Assembly: GCF_001194135.2 (NCBI RefSeq)
Contig: NC_068987.1
Location: 40,778,178 to 40,823,153, forward strand
Reading direction: 5' to 3'
DNA from: Octopus bimaculoides
Taxonomy: Eukaryota
DNA length: 44,976 nucleotides
Positions 37,801 to 44,976 of the stretch are shown in pieces. The notes below the pieces were generated by a model that was given only the letters and a program-made list of their open reading frames with translations, ran no database searches and was not told where the DNA came from. The position numbers and the translations under genes were made by a program. How positions within the stretch are numbered: the first letter of the stretch is position 1; every line of letters starts with the position of its first letter.

Positions 37801-37882
37801 CTGTTATTTGTCATGGTAACATTGGGTCTTCGAAAGGCTGCTTCTAAAGGAGTTTTCTTGAAAAAGTTCAATACAATACTCT
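37801..37882 (-). CDS. FAR1: FAR exon, (E)SIVLNFFKKTPLEAAFRRPNVTMTNN(S)
   Basis: 82 bp, tttgtag acceptor and gttaat donor. Phase fits both neighbours. PLEAAFRRPN matches FAR PLEQAFRRPN. Confidence 0.94.
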
Positions 37883-38444
37883 CTACAAAAAAAAATTGAA
37901 AACAAATGAAAATTCCATTCTTCAAAGTGGCCACCATAATTAAAACAAAAGCAATCTATCAGAAGGCATACAAAACTATCAAATCCATCAGTCATACCTT
38001 TCTGAATTTGCATTTCTGATGAAACCCTTACTAAGTATTTGACTGGTACTTTATTTTATTGACCCCAAAAGGTTGAAATGCTAAGATGGCCTTCACAGAA
38101 TTTGAACTCAAAACATAAAGAGCTGGAAGAAATGCCACTAAGTATTTTGTTTGACATGCAAATGATACTACCAGCAGACCACCTTAGATGGTAGTTTCTT
38201 TTATTGGCCACAAAGGTCAAAGACACTGAGAACAATATCAAAGGATGAAATACAATGCAAGGAAAGTTTTGCAGTATTCAAAAAGGAATCAACAACAATA
38301 AGGACATAACAAAAGATATAAAAATAGAATTAAAAGAAACAAAATAAATTCCTCAATAGTGCAGTAGTCCACCCAGGCAAAATTTCACAAGATTACTCTG
38401 CTGTCTGAAGGCACTGAAACAGCCCTTTCTCAATTTCTTTCCTC

Positions 38445-39110
38445 TTATTTAGAAAAGCATACTTAGAGTAAGCCCATTCAGACTCAGTATTCTTGCCATT
38501 CTCATCCACCTTTCAATGCATACACTAGAAAGCAACACCTCTTTCTCTCTACCCTCACCTTCCTCTTCCAATGATACTTGAAGGAATTGATGAGAGCTTG
38601 GCCAGTAAGGAAAGTACATGTCTTCAAACCATTCAGACAAGTCTGCCTCAGCCCCAAGGCAGAGAAAGGCTTGCCTCTCTTCCCTGCCAAAAGAAGATGG
38701 TACATCAATTTTTACTACAGATTCGACAAACAGCTACATTTTGTCTACATGTGACAGCAGCTGTTTGACATAACCTCACAAGTCATTAATGCATAAACAC
38801 TGAACGATGGGACAGAGAAAGGTCTCATTCCTTTGCATACATTTCAGCATTTCAGATTGGTTCAGATGTTGGTGCTTCCATGCACAAAGAGCTTGCTTCA
38901 AACAGGTTAATTCCTCCCTCTTCCAGCAGCACTACCATACCAAAGACTTTTGAAAATTGTCCAGTCCCCAACCTGAAGGTCCTCCAGAAGAGAATGCTCA
39001 TACTCAATTCCAGGCTACCATCATCCATAGCCCTCCATAAAAATTAGAGTTGCCTTCTCCCCACCACTGACAGCCAGGAGGAAGGAGGAGGACCAGCAGC
39101 AGCAGCTTTT
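38445..39110 (-). mobile_element. Tx1/L1 ORF2 3' fragment, decayed
   Basis: LDNFQKSL; FLTGQALINSFKYHWKRKVRVER is homologous to 44369-44976. Confidence 0.8.
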
Positions 39111-39224
39111 GATAAAATATACTGTATATAGTGTATTAAGTCAAATTCTCCACAATAATGATCCCTCAATCCTTACTAATTTAAACAACCAAAAAGATGA
39201 GCCTTTGTGTGTCAGTGTACTTAC

Positions 39225-39411
39225 CCATTTCTCCCCAGGTGAATGGATTTACAGAACCAGTAGTACAATGATAAATTAAAATTGAAGGGGGTTTGACCAG
39301 GGCTGTGTACCATCCCACTGTTATCATCAAGTTCACTGGAATGTCAACAGGGACAATATCTGCAACAGCCTTGAATTCACATTTTACAGAGCGTAGAATT
39401 CCTTTACCAGC
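39225..39411 (-). CDS. FAR1: FAR exon, AGKGILRSVKCEFKAVADIVPVDIPVNLMITVGWYTALVKPPSILIYHCTTGSVNPFTWGEM
   Basis: 187 bp (62 codons +1), tacag acceptor and gtaagt donor. Matches FAR AGKGILR...ADLVPVD...YNCTTGSTNPFHWGE. Confidence 0.96.
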
Positions 39412-39440
39412 CTGTACAAAGATAAGAATAACAAAGTGAA

Positions 39441-39546
<106 letters not shown>

Positions 39547-40701
39547 TCTGTGTGCAAGATTTGTTGGCCGAAAGAGAAGAAAGTAAGTGTGCGTGTGTGT
39601 TGAGTCTCAAATATGATTCATGATTGAGCCAAGTAGTGGTATGTTTTCCTGCTAATCCAGATCTATGACAATATAGGGAAAAAAACCTACTGTATTTTAA
39701 CAATTATCAAGAACCCTTATGTAAAAGGAACCCCTAATTTTGGGGGCTTAAAATTTGGAAGAAAGGGATTATAATATTATCCATGTATAAGAAACTCCCA
39801 TATTTTTATAACTTAATTTTTGACAAAAAGGTGTTCCTTATACACGTTAAGATACAGTATATCATCATCACCATCATTTTACATGTTTTCAATGTTAGCA
39901 TTGGTTGGATGGTTTGACAGGTTTTAAAGGGTTGGAGGATGACATCTTGCTCCAATGTCTCAGTTATAACATGGTCTCTATGGCTAGATGTCCTTGCTAA
40001 TACTAACCCTTTTACAGAGTGCATATTTTCATAGCACTAACACTAGTGAGGTTATCATGTCATCAACATGACCTCTTAAGCTTTGTGTTGTTGCTGCTTA
40101 ATTAGGTTTCTCAACTACACACACGAACACCAGGCATAGTTCTGTTTGCTTCCCAACCATGTAGTTTTGTGTTCAGTCTATTGGACAGCACCTTGGATAA
40201 GTCTTGACTAACCAAAGTCTTGTGAATGGATTTGGTAGAAGAAAACTAAAAGAAGCCCATTGTATGTGCATGTATGTAGGTGTATTTGCATCTGTGTCTT
40301 TGTTTACATTTAGGGTTTGTGAAAATTGCTATGACCAGTGTTATAGTTATTTTTCTTGCAAATAAATCACCTGCTCACTTTATGTCTTAAAAATACATGA
40401 AATAAGAGGTCCCTTAGATTGAAAACAGGCAATGGTTAGTGACAGGAAGAACATCTAGCTGTAAACCAATACTTCAATAATATATTCTTCTAGCCCATGT
40501 CAGCAGGGAAAATGGATGTTAAAAAAGATAATTAATGAATTTATATATATATATATATATTACGGAGATGCACTTGCATAGCAAGTGACCTGATCTGAGA
40601 TCGTGTGCTGGAACGAAAACAATTGCAGCGTGGAAGGTGTTTATAAGCCATTTAAAATAACACACAAAATCCGTTAGATTCACTTCAACATTTAAATTTA
40701 A

Positions 40702-40752
40702 TTTGTCAAAATATTTTCGTCGCTTTGAGACCGCGACCTGTTCACTGACAAA
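40702..40752 (-). ncRNA. Hammerhead-like fold with G3-C8 core swap
   Basis: UUUGUCA-GUGAACA(G)-GUCGC/GCGAC-GAAA-AUAU-UU-UGACAAA. Confidence 0.45.
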
Positions 40753-41339
40753 ATTATATCCTCTCACAAAACAAGGGTGAGCATGAAGTAGATGTCAATG
40801 CTTTTAAGCAGTATCTGAACATGTAACTGTGTAATATCAGGAAATGAACCTGCATTATAATAGAAAACATAGGAAAAAGCTGCAGCACCAAACTCTTACC
40901 CACCAAAGACCAAGTACAAGATCACTTGCAACTGATTTTAGTGACCCCAGCATGAGTAATCATGAGTAATCATCATCATTTTAATATCCAGTTTTCCACG
41001 CTTGCATGGGATGGACACAATCTATTGAAGCAGATTTTCTATGACTGTATATCCTTTCTGTTGCCAACTCTGACCTATTTCCAAGTAAGGTAATATTTCC
41101 AATATTTTCCCATGGCTGGACATGTTTCTGTGGAAGATTGGAAACAAAGGACACTGCTTGTATGACAGTGACACATGATGTCAAGACAAACAGGCACTAA
41201 CACTCATACACACTGGGTTTCTTTTAGTTTCTGTCTACCAAATCTACTCACAAGGCTTTGGTCAACCCAGGGGTATAGTAGAAGGCATTTCTCAAAAGTA
41301 GCATGCAAGCTTCTTAACCACATATCCATCAGCAAAAAT

Positions 41340-42000
41340 TGTATTTATTGGTAAAATATAAAGTGTTGATCTTGGTCCAACATCTTGAGATTAGATCCCT
41401 GCTACGTCTTTATGTTTTCTGGGCCTACCTCTGATATGGGTGTCTACCATTGTCAGAATAATTTCACTCAGCAGATGTTATTTTCTTTGCATCATATATA
41501 AGCCAGTGTGGCTGCTTTTCTTGCCCTGTATTAATTGATGCTATTAATGCTGAGTAACTTTTCTCAGCTCACTCAAACATCCAACAGATCATACTGAGCT
41601 CATTTTCCCCAAGTTTTTGCTGGTCTTCTTTATTCCATGCCCAACAATACACTATTATATTTATTATATATGTTTCACAGATAAAAACATTTTGTTGTTT
41701 AGCCCCCATGTCAATCCTGATCAAAAAGATCTACAAAAGTTCCAATTGTGTCTCAACGTCATCTACCATTTTTATAAGATGATAGATGCAATTAGAGGAA
41801 AATTTTGTTGTTATTTTTAGCAGGTCCAACAATCTTGCAGATACTTCTTCATTGCTAGATAAAGCTTTTGTCTTTCTTTAACATCAGATCAGCCTTAACT
41901 GAGCAGATCAAAGGTATTTTATCTATGTCCATGTTAATTTCCTTTCCAGGCCCATATGCACACACCAAATAAGATAATGAGATAATAAGATGATGTGGGT
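41340..42000 (-). mobile_element. Highly decayed RTE-like RT C-terminal fragment
   Basis: Remnants resembling MLRW..C, RLRW.GH and GRPRK across frameshifts. Confidence 0.45.
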
Positions 42001-42300
42001 GCTATTTTTAGTAAGTTGAGCAGTTCTACAGAGACTCCCTCACTGACTCAGAAACTAACTCTTCATTAACAATGATGTTACTCTGAACTTCTCCCCATTC
42101 CTTACTCTATTATATTCTCTCTACATCTACCTCTATGACTAGTTACGACACTAATTAGCAGAAACTACATCTAACTGATAATCTTAACATTCTATAGACT
42201 ATATTTCATACATCTGCTGCTTTAAAATTTCAATACTCTGTCATTGAAAAGAAATATACTTGAAATTTCAGAAGTTTTAGGACAAATGGAAATTACTTAC

Positions 42301-42345
42301 AGCAAGATAGAGGCCACTTGGTCCATTGAAATTATCAATCCAACC
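42301..42345 (-). CDS. FAR1: Fatty acyl-CoA reductase exon (most 5' in window), GWIDNFNGPSGLYLA
   Basis: 45-bp exon between ttgcag acceptor and gtaagt donor. Peptide is nearly identical to vertebrate FAR1 GWIDNFNGPSGLFIA. FAR1 vs FAR2 orthology is not resolvable. Confidence 0.93.
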
Positions 42346-44359
42346 CTGCAAAATAAAATTTTAGAATTATTATACTAACAAGTTATTTAGGTAAGTGTCT
42401 TTTGTTATAACCTGTGTCAACAAGTGCCTTGAGAATAAATTTGGTAGATGGAAACTGTACTGAGCTCATTGTATGTATGTGTGTGAGTGAGAGAGAGAGA
42501 GTGTGTGTGTGTGTATGTGAGTGTGTGCGTGCTTGTGTGTGCACGTGTGTGTGTGTGTCATTATCATCATCATTTCATATCTGTCTTCCTTGCTGGTACG
42601 GGTTGGAAGGTTCAACAAAATCTGACATTACTCCCCAGTGTTTACTTTGGTATAGTTTCTAATGCCAACTACTTTACAGTGTTTACTAGGTGCATTTTTG
42701 TAGCACCAACAAGAGTAAAGACTATTTCACAACTTGCAAGGCTAATTGGCCTAAAATAGCCCCTATAGCTTAAGGAAAATAGAAGAGATAAAGTGCAATG
42801 TTTCTAAGCGGAGAGAGAAGGGATGGTAGGTAAGATGAAAGGAACAGATTTATAGCTACAACAAGTTGGTAATGGAGAGAGTAACAAAGCAGAAGACTAG
42901 TATTTTTGCTGACAATGTTGCTTGATATACACATTGACAAAGAATTACATAATGTGAACCAAGAAATTTAGATTATAAACACTAGTTGGAGGGTTAAGAG
43001 GACATACACACATACACTTATGGTGTGTGTGTATGTGTGAATATTTACATTCTACACTGGGTGACGTACAGACAGTGACATTTGTAGATATTTTTCAGTT
43101 AAGAAACAGAAGCTCTGTACATTCAAAGTCAGGTGGAATGGAAAACTCCCTTACTTGAACAGATAAGAGTGAGTGACAGGAAGGGTTTCTGGCTGTAAAA
43201 CAATATCCCAGTAATATGTATTTGTCTAATCCATGCCAGCATGGGAAAAAGGATGCAAAATGAAGAAAACGAATAAAAGCTATAAATAATAAAATATGGA
43301 AGTGAATATTTCCTTTTTCACAGCTAAGTTCATGTAACGGTATTGTAATTCATTGTAGTCAAGGGTTGCCAATTGTAACAGTACTGTTAGGTAGAGTTAG
43401 TGGTTACCATTTCTAACAGTAAATGTAATGATATATGCTGATTGTTGACAGTTAGTGATTGTAATGGGTGTTGCTGTTGCAGATGTGCAAGATGAAAGAA
43501 CAGTGATTGAAGTTATAAACAAATATTTATTACCGTTACCTTTTATACAGCCAAAACCACAACGGGTTGGAATGTATAATATAAGTGGAAAAGCATACGA
43601 AGTTACGAGAATTAATTTCTTCTTGTATATTTGTGTACATTTTCTTGACATTGTGTAGTAGTAAACCACAGATAGAAATAGAGTAATATTATAGAGAAAA
43701 GAAAGTGTGCTAGTGAAAGTTAGAGAGTTGAGGGTAGTTGTAAGTCTCGTAGTGGCTGATTGTTTTCTTTCTCCTTCTGGCCGTTTGTCTCAAGTGGCTG
43801 TCTGCCTGTGGCCATCTCTAGTTGTCTCCGTTCACCAACTGATTCTGGCTTACGGAGTTCTTGTATTTATAACTATATAAAACTAGTTAGAAGGAGAGAC
43901 ATATTGTTGAGGACAACAGATTTCGTTGGGGTCTGTTATCCCAATTCAACTTTTGGTGATATAGAAGAGGTCAAAAGGGTTAAGTGGTAAAGACATAAAT
44001 CAGCTTGGCAAAGCCATATGTTAAATGTAACTGCTGTTACTATTGTCTCTTCATGAGATAAGTGCTACTGAAATATGGAAAATTTGCCAATTCAGGTTTG
44101 AATCTACTCTATGTCTAAATGAAGTCACTACAAACATGTAACAAAATGGGGATAACGATGAAAAGGCATTGAGAAAACGTTTGGGGTATGTACAAAAAAA
44201 AAATGAAAATATTACAAAAATTTCCCAATAAAGAAAAACCTACGTTAAAGACCACGGTAACCTCGGTCCTTAATGTCACAATTTGTAAAATAAAATTACT
44301 TTTATTTGTGAAAGAAACGTAAGTAACTTTCTGTTTACAAAATTTTAACTGTTCTATAG

Positions 44360-44976
44360 AATCATGCTCTAAGTGGCTTCGTCATTTATACGTGCCATTC
44401 TTGCTACATGTATCCATCTTTTTTCGAAACATTTGCTAGACAACACTTGCCTCTCTACTCTCACCTTCCTTTTCAAGTGATACTTGAAAAAGTTGATGAG
44501 AGATTGACCAGAGAGGAAAGTGTTTGTCTCTAATCCTTTTAGACACATCCACCAGATGCATTCTTTCGCCATAGCCACAAGAACAATAAATACAGCTCTT
44601 CCTTCCCGTTTAAAGGAAGGAGACTTGACGATAGACTCGGTTGATAAACCAACTCGTCCCACATGTGACAGCAGTCATTCAACATAAGCCCACAGGTCAG
44701 AAATGGTTGGACACTGCACGAGTGCGTGCAGAACAGTCTCGTCGCTCTGACCGCATCTCGGGCAGGTCGGCCCCGTGTGTCTCAAACCATGTCGGTAGAG
44801 CTTATCCCGAACGGGTAGCACTTCCAGGCTAGGGATCTCTGGAAGTTATCCATAGGTCCCGGCCCGAAAGTCGTCTTGAACAGGCGGGTCAGGTATTCCT
44901 CGTCGACGCCCAGGTTCGCCCCGAGATCGTCGTCGTACCTCCCCTCCACTAATCCCCTATAGAATGCATTTGTTGT
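44360..44976 (-). mobile_element. Tx1/L1 ORF2 C-terminus with CCHC, continuing beyond the window
   Basis: FYRGLVEG..MDNFQRSLAW..LPVRDKLYRHG..CPRCGQSDETVLHALVQCP. GC- and CpG-rich. Confidence 0.9.

Noticed and set aside
43397-43669. Overlapping ORFs on both strands (90 aa and 67 aa)
   Set aside because: No recognisable family and no match to the expected upstream FAR exon, which probably lies beyond the window.
43900-43960. Stem followed by GAAA and GUC on the minus strand
   Set aside because: No CUGANGA-like core and no consistent stem I or III.

Overview
Eukaryotic, AT-rich, microsatellite- and transposon-dense scaffold with 7 large N gaps (419-1055, 11383-11908, 12829-13325, 16681-17598, 18425-18910, 19984-20083, 23100-23929). 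The repeat landscape suggests a cephalopod such as Octopus (inference). The only host gene I can support is the 3' half of a fatty acyl-CoA reductase (FAR1/FAR2-like) on the minus strand: 7 exons with GT-AG junctions and a continuous frame from 42345 to the stop at 12045. One exon runs into a gap, and the ORF track largely misses the gene. Introns and downstream DNA hold decayed Penelope-like elements (RT and GIY-YIG), Tx1/L1, RTE and HERO/R2-like non-LTR fragments, mariner and Tigger remnants, a Helitron 3' end and SINE-like repeats. The most interesting signal is a set of hammerhead-ribozyme folds: one canonical minimal motif at 20356-20407, two back to back in a 394-bp palindrome, a G3-C8 core-swap variant, and several decayed copies. 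Most sit in short modules next to (TA)n, and three are in the sense orientation of FAR introns. All folds were done by eye and are untested.
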